DNA from: Salinispira sp.
GTDB lineage: Bacteria; Spirochaetota; Spirochaetia; DSM-27196; Salinispiraceae
Direction of reading: 5' to 3'
Assembly: GCA_965226555.1 (NCBI GenBank)
Contig: CBDDDG010000022.1
Location: 192,001 to 256,000, forward strand
DNA: 64,000 nucleotides
Below, piece after piece: positions 52,510 to 62,810 of this stretch. The notes under the pieces were generated by a model. That model saw nothing but the letters and a program-made list of their open reading frames with translations, did not search any database and was not told where the DNA came from. Within the stretch, counting starts at the first letter, position 1; the number at the start of each line of letters is the position of its first letter. Position numbers and translations under genes: made by a program.

Positions 52510-54514
52510 ACCTCTTTTATACTACTGTATTTTTGCGTTTATTCTTCTTGTCTGTCAGCTCAACGCTCAAACTGTCAGAAATGATGCTGTCCGATTCTAT
52601 CAGATGGGACGTGAAGCACTCAATCAGAACCGTATTCTTGATGCAATCCAATTTTTTCAACAGTCGAGTGAGTATAATGAGAATTACAGTGATGCGTACA
52701 GGGAAACTGCCCGCGCGTTTTATTATTTGGATGAACTCGATGAAGCCGAAGACTATATCATGCAGGCGCTTAATCTTGCTCCCCTCGACAGCCGTAATCT
52801 TAATTTACATGGGCGAATTCTTATAACGGGCGGAAAATTTGATGAAGCAGAAATCATTTTTACCGATATTATCTCCCGGGAACGTTTTAATGTCGAAGCC
52901 CGTATCGGTCTGGGAGAACTTTCGGCAGCTCGGGGTGATATTGTTCAGGCACGGGAATATTATCAGGATTCTCTTGATCTCTTTCCCGATGATTATCGGG
53001 TTCTTTTGAGCCTTGCCTTTGTATATCAGGAGCAGGGGCGCCTGAACAGGGCAGAAGATTACATTACTGCCGCATTAGATATTGAAAGTCAGAACCCCTG
53101 GGTTTATATATACGCCGCAAATTTTTTCATGCGTATTGGTGAACTTTCAGAAGCTGAGCCTTATGCCCTCAGGGCATTGAATTTACAGGAAAATTTTATT
53201 CCGGCATTGGAAATTCTCAGTAGAATTTATGTGAAGCTGGAAAAATATGAATCGGCGCAATTGGTTTTAGATCAACTCGATATCAATGCTTTGGCAGATA
53301 ATGCCCATACACTCTATACTCGGGCTCTTGTCGAATACTACCGTAATAGAACCGATGAAGCCCTGCGAACTCTTGAAACAATTCTTCGCGATAATCCAGA
53401 TAATGAAATTGCCAGACTTCTTCTTGAAGATATTCTGCTGAACGAAAAAGATTTTGATGATCCTCAGCGTATTACCCACGCAGATTTTCACTTTGCCCGG
53501 GCCCTTGAGTATGTACAGCGGAATCAAAATCAATCGGCGCGATACCACTACAATCGCGGTCTTATGCTTGAACCGTTTTCACCTGAGGGCCGGCGTTCCT
53601 ATGCCCGTTTTTTTCGTGAAACAGGAGAATATGCTCAGTATGTGAATCAGATCAATTTTCTCAGACAGCAGATATCGGTTAACAATACCAGTCTGGATGA
53701 TGACTATGAAATATACACTGATCTTCTTCGCAATTCGGTTTCCCGGAAATGGAAGACTGATCAATTTACCGTTGAACGCGATAAATTCAATATGATCCTG
53801 TTCACTAACAATGAGAGCAGGGTGCTTCATAACGAATTAGACAGACTCATTGCAAGCCTCCTCATGGATCAATTGTATAGTAGTACCCGAATAGACTTCG
53901 CTGCACAAGAGAATACAGCAGGCGCCTTTTCATTTGAACCCGTTCACATGGACAGTGATTCTGAGGCATTTATCCGGGCGCGGACAGAGCAGGCCGATTA
54001 TTACCTGTTTCTTGTAATCAATGAACGCACAGACAGCATTACTGCGAGCGCTGAACTTCATTTAGGGCGAACAGGGAGAATGCTTCAGAATTTTGTTGTA
54101 AGCCGCAGCGGAAATACCCGCATTAAAGATACGGTATTCCAGTTGAGCGCGCACATACTCCAGGCCTTGCCCATTAGGGGGAGTATTCTTGAGCGTAATT
54201 TTGAAACTGCGCTTATCAATCTCGGTCAGAAAGATGGTCTCATTGCAGGAGATTCACTCAATATCATAAAATCTGCTGATTTAGCCCAGAATCATGTAAA
54301 TCTCAATTTTACATACCGGCAGGAAGATATTGTCGGCACTGCAACCGTAAATCGGGTCGATGTTTTGCTCAGTGAAGTTGAGATTGAGCCGGCTGGTTTC
54401 TTTGATAATGTAAACCGCGGCGACACAGTATTCAGTATCGGAAATCCTGAAATTGACGATGGCATAACAGATAATAATTCCGGACTGTATGAACTTCTCC
54501 GTGACATTCGTTAA
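52493..54514 (+). CDS. TPR-repeat exported protein
   Basis: Signal peptide and multiple TPR units. Confidence 0.8.
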   Translation: MMPKNRPLLYYCIFAFILLVCQLNAQTVRNDAVRFYQMGREALNQNRILDAIQFFQQSSEYNENYSDAYRETARAFYYLDELDEAEDYIMQALNLAPLDSRNLNLHGRILITGGKFDEAEIIFTDIISRERFNVEARIGLGELSAARGDIVQAREYYQDSLDLFPDDYRVLLSLAFVYQEQGRLNRAEDYITAALDIESQNPWVYIYAANFFMRIGELSEAEPYALRALNLQENFIPALEILSRIYVKLEKYESAQLVLDQLDINALADNAHTLYTRALVEYYRNRTDEALRTLETILRDNPDNEIARLLLEDILLNEKDFDDPQRITHADFHFARALEYVQRNQNQSARYHYNRGLMLEPFSPEGRRSYARFFRETGEYAQYVNQINFLRQQISVNNTSLDDDYEIYTDLLRNSVSRKWKTDQFTVERDKFNMILFTNNESRVLHNELDRLIASLLMDQLYSSTRIDFAAQENTAGAFSFEPVHMDSDSEAFIRARTEQADYYLFLVINERTDSITASAELHLGRTGRMLQNFVVSRSGNTRIKDTVFQLSAHILQALPIRGSILERNFETALINLGQKDGLIAGDSLNIIKSADLAQNHVNLNFTYRQEDIVGTATVNRVDVLLSEVEIEPAGFFDNVNRGDTVFSIGNPEIDDGITDNNSGLYELLRDIR

Positions 54515-54640
54515 GGAAGTTGTCTATCACTTATTGCGATGGGATATTGCGTATTTCCGTATTTGGATTTTTCAGGGCTTGCTGTACTCTCCGGTGTAGA
54601 AATATGGTGAAAAGAAAATATTCATAAACGGAGGGCGAAT

Positions 54641-54916
54641 ATGAAAAAATGTATTGTTGCTTTGTTATTGCTCATGTCATTCGGCATGACAAATGTATAC
54701 TCTCAGTTGCGTTCAGTTAGTGAAATTATTGATTCAGAATGTGTAGGAGTCGATAATTACACAATATACGATACAACAGAAATGAACCAAAGAGAAATAC
54801 ACGCTATTATTAGTGAAAAAAAACGTTTGGCGCTTGAGTTACGGGTGCCGCCGCAGCATATTTTTAACAAATTGTTTAATAAAAACGCTGTGTATGAAGC
54901 GGCCTTGGAGAAATAG
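54641..54916 (+). CDS. Small secreted hypothetical protein
   Basis: GGAGGG RBS, MKK signal peptide. Confidence 0.55.
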   Translation: MKKCIVALLLLMSFGMTNVYSQLRSVSEIIDSECVGVDNYTIYDTTEMNQREIHAIISEKKRLALELRVPPQHIFNKLFNKNAVYEAALEK

Positions 54917-55095
54917 TTGAATTCTGGGAAAATATAGAAACACTCGAAGAAGTTATAGATTCATTTAAATAGAACGTTTGAAAAAAGAAATAAATAGTGA
55001 GAAATTTTTTCTTGCGCCATGGTGATATATCTGATTGACAGTCGCTCAGCCTGCATAGTAAGGTAATGCTACTATTACACAAGAGGAGGTTATTG

Positions 55096-56757
55096 ATGAA
55101 ATTGATAACTAATATACCAAGCAACAAGAACAGAAACAGCAGGAAGCATTCCGGCCAGCATCTGCCGAAGAAATTCCTGTCCATATCCATTCTTTTTTTC
55201 GCGGTCGGCGGACTCGTGTTCGGCATGGGCCGGAACGATGATTTTAACGCGATCTTCAATACGAATAATGAAGTCGGGGACGATTGCAACACACTTGCGG
55301 ATACAGGGGATGATTTCAACACGCTTGGTGCTGCTGGGAATGGTTCCCCTGAAGGAATTTGGTCAGATGGAACAACGATGTGGGTGTTAGATGGTAGCGA
55401 TGAAAAAATTTATGCCTACAATATGACTACTAAAGCCTGCGATAGTAGTAAAAATTTCAACAAGCTTCGGAATGATCGCTCTACAGGCATCTGGTCGGAT
55501 GGGACAACAATGTGGGTGGCAGATTTTAGCGATGCCAAAATATATGCCTACAAGATGAGATCAAAATCCCGAGATAGAAGTAAAGATTTCAACACACTAG
55601 AGGATGCTGGAAATTATTTATCCGCAGGCATCTGGTCAGATGGGACAACAATGTGGGTGGCGAATTATGGACTTGACCTCGGTGGGAGTACTATCAATGC
55701 CAAAATATATGCCTACGACATGACTACCAAAGAGCGCGATAGTAGCAAAGATTTCGACACGCTTGATGCCGAGAATACTTCCCCCCAAGGAATTTGGTCA
55801 GATGGGACAACAATGTGGGTGGTAGATTCTTATCCTGTGCCTTTTACGACATCCAGCAAGAAGATCTATGCCTACAACATGATTACGAAAGAGCGCGATA
55901 GTAGCAAAGATTTCAACATGCTACAGGATGCTGGAAATCATCACGCCCGCGACATTTGGTCAGATGGGGATACAATGTGGGTGGCAGATTATGGCGATAA
56001 CAAAATCTATGCCTACGACATGTCTTCATATTCTTACAAGATGAGTGAAAAATTGGGCGATATTGCAAAATATTTTAACACACTAGATGATGCTGGAAAT
56101 GATTACGCCCGCGACATTTGGTCAGATGAAACAACAATGTGGGTGTTAGATACTATCGATGACAAAATCTATGCCTACAAGATGACTACCAAAAAACGCG
56201 ATAATAGCAAAGATTTCGACACGCTTGATGCCGAGAATACTTCCCCCCTAGGAATTTGGTCAGATGGGACAACAATGTGGGTGGCAGATCTTAGCGATAG
56301 AATCTTTGCCTACGACATGACTACCAAAGAGCGCGATGAGGAGAAAGATTTCACCCCTAATGGTTTATCTGTGGATATCTGGTCAGATGGGACAACGATG
56401 TGGGGGGCAGGTTATAGCGAAAAAATCTTTGCCTACGACATGACTACCAAAGGGCGCGATGATGATAAAGATTTCGACGCGATTTTTGAAGTTGAGGAGA
56501 TTAGCAGTATCTGGTCAGATGGGACAACGATGTGGGTGGCAGATGAGGATGATCGCAAAATCTATGCCTACAATATGACTACCAAAGAGCGCGATGAGGA
56601 AAAGGATTTCAACATCAACGCGCTACAGAATGCAGGGAATTATTTCCCCGTAGGCATCTGGTCGGATGGGACAACGATGTGGGTGCTAGATGGTGAAGAT
56701 AGCAAAATCTATGCCTACGCCATGGGAGACAGATATACTTCTCCAGCTGCTCAATAG
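55096..56757 (+). CDS. Secreted repeat protein with ten IWSDGTTMWV repeats (probable beta-propellers)
   Basis: GAGGAGG RBS, signal peptide, ten ~45-55 aa repeats. Confidence 0.85.
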   Translation: MKLITNIPSNKNRNSRKHSGQHLPKKFLSISILFFAVGGLVFGMGRNDDFNAIFNTNNEVGDDCNTLADTGDDFNTLGAAGNGSPEGIWSDGTTMWVLDGSDEKIYAYNMTTKACDSSKNFNKLRNDRSTGIWSDGTTMWVADFSDAKIYAYKMRSKSRDRSKDFNTLEDAGNYLSAGIWSDGTTMWVANYGLDLGGSTINAKIYAYDMTTKERDSSKDFDTLDAENTSPQGIWSDGTTMWVVDSYPVPFTTSSKKIYAYNMITKERDSSKDFNMLQDAGNHHARDIWSDGDTMWVADYGDNKIYAYDMSSYSYKMSEKLGDIAKYFNTLDDAGNDYARDIWSDETTMWVLDTIDDKIYAYKMTTKKRDNSKDFDTLDAENTSPLGIWSDGTTMWVADLSDRIFAYDMTTKERDEEKDFTPNGLSVDIWSDGTTMWGAGYSEKIFAYDMTTKGRDDDKDFDAIFEVEEISSIWSDGTTMWVADEDDRKIYAYNMTTKERDEEKDFNINALQNAGNYFPVGIWSDGTTMWVLDGEDSKIYAYAMGDRYTSPAAQ

Positions 56758-57011
56758 GCATTTCTCTGTTCCGGCATTGTCTTGTGCAGGGGCATTGCCA
56801 TGCCTGTTACAATTCATAAAGGAAAATAAAATTATGAACAAAGATGTTGTTATAAAGAATCGGGGAATCGGAAAAATCATTTATGAGAAAATTATCCTTC
56901 AGGGAATATAGTCTGATGGCTTGTTGCTGATACAATAACAGGAGGCATTGTCTGTTGATCCGTATTTTTTAGATTCCTATTGATACTTACTCCATCCTTT
57001 GGTATATTTAA

Positions 57012-57524
57012 ATGATGATTGATACCCTCAGAACATCAAAAAAACTGCTGGAAAACGGCTTTTCTCCCCAGCAATCGGAAGTGCTGGTAGATGTCATTGC
57101 CCTGCATAACGAAGAACTGGCAACACAGCGCGATATCAGCTCCCTGAAAAAAGACATCCATGCCCAAATCAGCTCCCTGAAAAAAGACAGTTATGCCCAA
57201 ATCAGCTCCCTGAAAAAAGACAGTTATGCCCAAATCAGCTCCCTGAAAAAAGACATTTATGCCCAAGGCAAAGACATTCATGCCCAAGGCAAAGACATTC
57301 AGGAATTGAAAACATCTGTGCAGGAATTGAAAGCAACTGCGCAGGCCCAAGGTAAAGACATTCAGGTGCTCAGGGAAGAAACACAAACGAGCATTCAATC
57401 CCTGAAGGAGTCTATGGAGAAATCGCATAATATTATCCTCTGGATATTAGGATTGTCTATTCCTTCTTTAATAGCGGCAACGGTTGCGGTATTGATATTT
57501 TTGATATTATGTAGTAGTCTTTAA
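57012..57524 (+). CDS. CCDC90/DUF1640- or Bdr-like coiled-coil protein with C-terminal TM
   Basis: IDTL..KKLLENGFSPQQSEVL, LATQRD, 11-aa and 7-aa repeats, C-terminal hydrophobic anchor. Confidence 0.7.
   Translation: MMIDTLRTSKKLLENGFSPQQSEVLVDVIALHNEELATQRDISSLKKDIHAQISSLKKDSYAQISSLKKDSYAQISSLKKDIYAQGKDIHAQGKDIQELKTSVQELKATAQAQGKDIQVLREETQTSIQSLKESMEKSHNIILWILGLSIPSLIAATVAVLIFLILCSSL
57135..57267 (+). repeat. Four tandem 33-bp coding repeats
   Basis: ATCAGCTCCCTGAAAAAAGACA(G/T)(T/C)(T/C)ATGCCCAA x4. Confidence 0.9.
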
Positions 57525-57581
57525 GAAAGGTTTCAACGCGTATTCGCACTGAAACATATTTTTATGAAAAGGAGTATTAAA

Positions 57582-60028
57582 ATGATGTTTAATCTTTTTA
57601 ATCCACTACGAAAGTTATGGGGGGGGGGACGTCCTCTGTATTGATTATAATGAGCGTGGTGCTCGTTGCCGTGCTTGCCGGATGTCCAATGCCGGAACCA
57701 AGCCCTGAACCCGAGCCAATGACGGAACCCGATCCAATGCTGCCGGGCACCATGGCTGCTCCAAGCCTTGGAGTGGGGAATAGTCAACTAAGGGTTAACT
57801 GGACTCCGCCGGAAGATAAGGGCAGCAGCGAAATTACCGCGTATGAACTTCGCCATAGCGATGACGGCGGGAGCAACTGGTCGGAGGACATTACTACAGC
57901 CGACGCGCCAGCCACAGAAACCATTATCACGAACCTGACAAACGGCACCCCCTACGTCGCGCAGGTGCGCGCTGTCAACGCGCAGGGTGCGGGAAACTGG
58001 TCGGAATCGAGCATGGAAGCAACACCTATTGCCGCCGTTCCCACGGAGCCGAATGGGTTCATGCTTGCAGTGAGTATGCAAACAATTACCGCGTCATGGA
58101 CTGCGCCGACCGATACTGGCGACAGCGCCATTATTCGCTATGAACTGCAACATCACGAAGTTGGAGCAGGCGAGTGGGAAAATCCCGTTTCTATTGCTGT
58201 GAATGCCGACCCCAACCACACCTACACCCACCCCATCATGGAACTGACAAACGGCACCGAGTACGAGGTGCGGGTCTACGCTGTCAATGAAGAGGGCAAT
58301 GGTAACTCAGCGACTGGCACCGCAACCCCTATTGGGCCTCCTTACGCGCCAAATACACCTACGCTCACAGCCGGAAACACCGAACTTGTTGTTGAATGGA
58401 CAGCGCCCAATGACGGAGGCAGCGCCATTACCGGGTATGAACTGGAATATAAGCTGAACTCTGGCGACTGGAATACTCCTGCCGATGTTACTCAGCGAAC
58501 AACTGATGCCGATACCACCACCGATACCATTACCGGGCTGACAAACGGTACCACCTACAATGTGCAGGTGCGCGCCGTCAACACGCAGGGTGAAAGCGAA
58601 TGGTCGGCATCTGCCGCTCTAACCCTTCCTACCAAGCCCAGCGCGATGAATGCTCCCACGCTCACAGGCGGAAATGCCCAGATCACCGCGACATGGACAG
58701 CGCCGACCGATACTGGCGGCAGCTCCATTACCGCGTACCATGTGCAGCACAGAACAAACGCCGCTGGCACATGGTCAACGACCGATACCGATAACATCGC
58801 CACTATTACTGACGGTACTGCCACAAGCCACCCCATTACCGGGCTGACAAACGGTACCTCCTACGATGTACGGGTGCGCGCTGTCAATGCTCAGGGCACT
58901 GGCGACTGGTCTACATCCGCAACGGGAACAACGAAAATTTCTGCGGCGCAGGCTACTCCTTCGGGTACGGCAGCGACGGTAAGCCTTTCGGCTGCCTCTA
59001 ATGCCATTATTACCGCTCAGAGCCCAACCGTTGCTTTGATCACCGTGGAACCGGGCACTCTCGCTGTTAGTGCATCAGGAGACATTACGGTCACCGCCGC
59101 AACTGCGCCCGATGGGGTTACCGTTCCGACAGTTGATTCGGGTACCGGAGATGTTTCGGTTGCTACAGGTACAACGGCAGGAACATATCTGGTATACGGC
59201 AGCAAAGCCGGAAACATACTGTTTGCCGAGTATTTCTATGTTACCGTGAGTCCTGCTGATAACACTGAACTGGACACAGCGGTAACTGCGGGAATAACAA
59301 CCTGGGGCAATACTGCCGATCTCAACTACATTGTTACCACGGTAGTAACGGATATGTCCAATGTGTTTATTAGTAGCGCATTCAATGGCGATATCTCCGG
59401 CTGGGATACCGGCGCGGCAACGAGTATGTATAGGATGTTCGGTGGAGCAACTGTATTCAATGGCGATATCTCGGGCTGGGATGTCAGTAAGGTAACGAAT
59501 ATGTTCCAGATGTTCTATCAGGCAAGCGCATTCAATGGCGATATCTCGGGCTGGAATGTCAGCGCGGTAACGACTATGAGCGATATTTTCAATGAAGCAA
59601 GCGCATTCAATGCCGATATCTCCGGCTGGAATGTCAGTAAGGTAACGCATATGAACCAGATGTTCCTGTCTGCAAGTAACTTTAATGGCAATATTTCGGG
59701 CTGGGATGTCAGTTCGGTAACGAGTATGTCCGCTATGTTCAATGGAGCAAGCGCATTCAATCAGAATATTTCCGGCTGGGATGTCAGTAAGGTAACGAAT
59801 ATGTCCACGATGTTCCGTGGAGCAAGCGCATTCAATGCCGATATCTCCGGCTGGGATGTCAGTAAGGTAACGAATATGCAAAGTATGTTCAATTCAGCAA
59901 CCGCATTCAATCAAGATCTTGAGGAGTGGAAGGATCATTGGACGCTCGATGCCGCTGGAAAATATACCGGAACCAAAACAAATATGTTTACGGATTCCGG
60001 CGTAACAACGCCGCCATCATGGTATTAG
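57582..60028 (+). CDS. Putative surface lipoprotein: 4 FN3 domains + DUF285/BspA-type 25-aa repeats; out of frame at a G10 tract
   Basis: AAGGAG RBS + ATG 57582; LAGC lipobox; FN3 units; seven FNGDISGWDVSKVTNMxxMF-type repeats; main ORF from 57617. Confidence 0.82.
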
Positions 60029-60087
60029 GAGCAGTTTCATAGCCCACAGCGGCTAATTGAAACATTGCAATTCAACTCAGGCAGGCG

Positions 60088-60272
60088 CGGGGCTGGTCGG
60101 CGCTCCGTGCCTGCCTTTTTTCGATCAAGACGGCTGGTCGGCAGCGGCGTCTCCTGCTCGCAATGCGACTGTTGCTGAGACGATGGGCTGCTCGCTCTTG
60201 CCCTCATGTCGCCCGGCTCGCCATGCGACTGTTGCTGAGACGGTGGGCTGGTCGGCGCTGCTCGCCCATGCG
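60088..60272. repeat. GC-rich REP-like repeats related to 7768-7863
   Basis: GGCTGGTCGGC x3; 35-bp unit at 60156-60190 and 60216-60250. Confidence 0.75.
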
Positions 60273-60295
60273 TCCGTCAGGAATGCTTTCTTTGT

Positions 60296-60371
60296 TCTTA
60301 GCATTCTCCTATTTTATAGAAGTTTTGCCTTGGAAAATTGTGCAAGCACAATTTTCCAAGGCAAAACTTTG
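60296..60371. mobile_element. Miniature element (partial) with perfect 24-bp-arm hairpin
   Basis: AAGTTTTGCCTTGGAAAATTGTGC-AA-GCACAATTTTCCAAGGCAAAACTT at 60320-60369. Confidence 0.8.
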
Positions 60372-60401
60372 TACCATTCATATTTTACCCGTCTATATGG
60401 T

Positions 60402-60554
60402 ATGAGCAAAAAGTATAGTGGCATGGTACATGACAAAAGCTGGAAATATGTTTTCGGGAATGCTCAGATATTCAGAAACTTCACATACTCCTACTTCAAT
60501 AAGGAACTCGCGCTGAGCATTGTCCCCGGGATCGTGCGTCAATACACCCTATAA
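60402..60554 (+). pseudogene. Rpn-family N-terminal remnant
   Basis: MSKKYSGMVHDKSWKYVFGNAQIFRNF..LALSIVPG; homologous to 6385-6536. Confidence 0.6.
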
Positions 60555-60941
60555 TACAGGGCGAATTCAACCATACGCTCACCCCCATTCCCGACTCCCC
60601 GAAAAAAATTCACAACATTCTTTCAACATTCTTTCAAAATACATAGTCAAAAATGACTTTTTACCCGTTATGGATATAGGAGGAATAATATGAAAAAATC
60701 ATCCCACAGGACAGGCCATATCCACGACATAGCCTTCAAGATCGCCTACTACAGAACCCCCCGTATGATTTTCGACCTGCTGCGGCTGTTCTGTGAGGAT
60801 ACGACTCTTGCCAAGCTGGACATGGACAAAATCCGCATTGAAACCCCCAGCTACATTGCAGGAAAAAAGAACCTTCACTGCGATCTCGTTGTCAGCGCTC
60901 CCTTCCTGTCAGACCCCGACCGGAAGGCCCTATTTATTATT

Positions 60942-61065
60942 GAAAATTTTGCTCCGCAAAATTTTCAAATAAGGATTCTCTCATCTATACTCTTGATTCT
61001 CTCACGGTATAGAAAGTTTTGCCTTGGAAAATTGTGCAAGCACAATTTCCAGTAGCAAAACTTTT
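60942..61065 (+). mobile_element. 124-bp miniature element with nested hairpin
   Basis: Hairpin GAAAATTTTGC-TCC-GCAAAATTTTC, 45-bp core, nested terminal hairpin; flanks TTATT/GTATT. Confidence 0.85.
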
Positions 61066-61402
61066 GTATTGAACACAAAAGCTACCAGCACAAACATGCT
61101 CTCACTCAAATCGATAACTATCAATATGCCCTCAGAAACAGCAATGTGTACAATGAAAATGATGCTATCTATATACTGCTGCTCTACCATGGAAAAAATG
61201 AATGGAACCTCCCACTCACATTTTACAGTTCGCATGGAAATGCTGCTTCCGAATCTATGACTGAAGGCACGGTAGATGTCAGGGTGAGCGTATCGTACAT
61301 TGTGCGCGATCTTAGGCGAATGACAAAGAAGCAGTTGGCATGGCGTTCCGATGAAAAACGATATACATCGACTGCATTGTGGTATATAATGCGAGATAAT
61401 AA

Positions 61403-61500
61403 CAAAGTTTTTCCTTTAGGAAAAACTTTCTATACCTTGAGAGAATCAAGAGTATAGATGAGAGAATCCTCATTTGAAAATTGTGCAGAGCACAATTTTC
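61403..61500 (-). mobile_element. 98-bp miniature element, inverted copy
   Basis: Core is the reverse complement of GATTCTCTCATCTATACTCTTGATTCTCTCA in 60942-61065; hairpins at both ends. Confidence 0.85.
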
Positions 61501-62111
61501 AGTGAAATGAACGATGAGGGGCTGAAAGAGATTGCGCAGCTCCTGAACGGTCTGTCTTCACAAGACTTTACTGATCTAGCAGAGAGTGTGCTAGGTTATA
61601 TCAAAGATCTAGATCCAAAACTGTATGAACAGTTTGAGAAAATTGACAGGGAACTGTTCCCTGAAGGAGAAAACAGTATGCGGACATATAACATAACCAA
61701 CGCCTTCGTCAGAGAAGGCATTGCGAAGGGCATTCTGAAAGGAATGGAGAAAGGCATTGCAAAAGGAATGGAGAAAGGCATTCTGAAAGGCCGGGTTGAG
61801 GGGCATATTGAGGAGCGGAGAAAAAACGCCCGCAGTATGTTTTCCAAAGGATTTTCAGCCCATGACATTCAGGATGTTACCGGGCTGAGCGATGAGGAAA
61901 TGCGGACAGTGCGGAACGGATCGCATTATTCTTTTTTTACCGAAGATCCTCATCGCCCTAAGGGCATAACGGTTCAGAGCGATAACGGGGCGAAGTTCAT
62001 CGTTCGGCATCTGAGTAAGACCCGAAAGTAGGGGGCAGCTCAAAGGTTTATTTCCCAGTACTTTAATATTTATACCATCATATGACCGCTATGAATGTGA
62101 AATCAAATAAG

Positions 62112-62185
62112 CGCGTCCAGCACGATTCGAACGTGCGACCTACGGCTTAGAAGGCCGTTGCTCTATCCGGCTGAGCTATGGACGC
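62112..62185 (-). tRNA. tRNA-Arg(TCT)
   Basis: GCGTCCATAGCTCAGCCGGATAGAGC, ACGGC-CTTCTAA-GCCGT, GTTCGAATC. Confidence 0.95.
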
Positions 62186-62192
62186 AATAAAG

Positions 62193-62265
62193 TCGGGATG
62201 ACTGGACTCGAACCAGCGATCTTCTGCTCCCAAAGCAGACGCCTTAGCCACTAGGCTACATCCCG
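62193..62265 (-). tRNA. tRNA-Pro(TGG)
   Basis: CGGGATGTAGCCTAGTGG, TCTGC-TTTGGGA-GCAGA, GTTCGAGTC. Confidence 0.95.
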
Positions 62266-62308
62266 AAAAAATTGAGAAACTTTTTACATTTTACAATGCT
62301 TTGTCATT

Positions 62309-62363
62309 GAAACTTTTGCCTTGGAAAATTGTGCAAGCACAATTTTCCAGTAGCAAAACTTTA
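62309..62363. mobile_element. 55-bp nested-hairpin miniature element with perfect TSD
   Basis: GAAACTTTTGC...GCAAAACTTTA flanked by TCATT at 62304-62308 and 62364-62368. Confidence 0.85.
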
Positions 62364-62454
62364 TCATTAAATATAACAGAAAATTTGTACGTGTACATCC
62401 CCCCTCACAATATTCCCCAATGAAACCTCCAGTGAAATAGAACGTGCCCAAAGG

Positions 62455-62810
62455 TTATGCAAAAGTTTCAATGGTTATCTGGAAGAGCAGAATATGAACG
62501 GCGGTACCGCCTGTTATGCTCAGCAGAACATTTCGGAATGCGAGATGAAGTATGACAACCACCGCAAGTGAGGGGAGCTGTATAGTCAGTTGGACGGGGT
62601 CTTGCCAGGGAAGGGCGGTGAAAAGGAGTACCATCATTACCGCGCCCGGAATGAGCCGGGCGGACTCAAGGAGTTTTTCAGGTATTCTGAATCTGCTCCA
62701 GCGGGCTGAAAGATATATGAGAATAAAGGGAAGGCGCGGGTGAACTGCGTTGCGAGGGTCATGAGGGCGATGGCTGCGATGAGGGGAGGGGTGCTGATGA
62801 TTTCAGGCAT
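62455..62810 (-). pseudogene. azlD: AzlD-like branched-chain amino acid exporter subunit, 1-nt frameshift near 62725-62730
   Basis: TQFTRAFP then, in the shifted frame, IPGAVMMVLL..RNVLLSITGGT; coupled to azlC. Confidence 0.75.

Larger units (their letters stand above)
60690..62031 (+). pseudogene. Rpn-family nuclease interrupted by two miniature elements
   Basis: HDIAFK, CDLVV, FII|EHKS, LLYHG, EG-repeat tail; removing the 129-bp and 103-bp inserts restores one frame. Confidence 0.85.

Noticed and set aside
55300..56730. Regularly spaced DNA repeats resembling an array
   Set aside because: They are in-frame coding repeats of one protein
60128..60272. Possible mini-CRISPR (35-bp repeat, 25-bp spacer)
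   Set aside because: Only two full repeats, flanks belong to the GC-rich repeat family also at 7768, and no cas genes are in the window
60057..60401. 5' part of a 165-aa ORF
   Set aside because: Translation of repeats and a miniature element; only the part from 60402 resembles a gene
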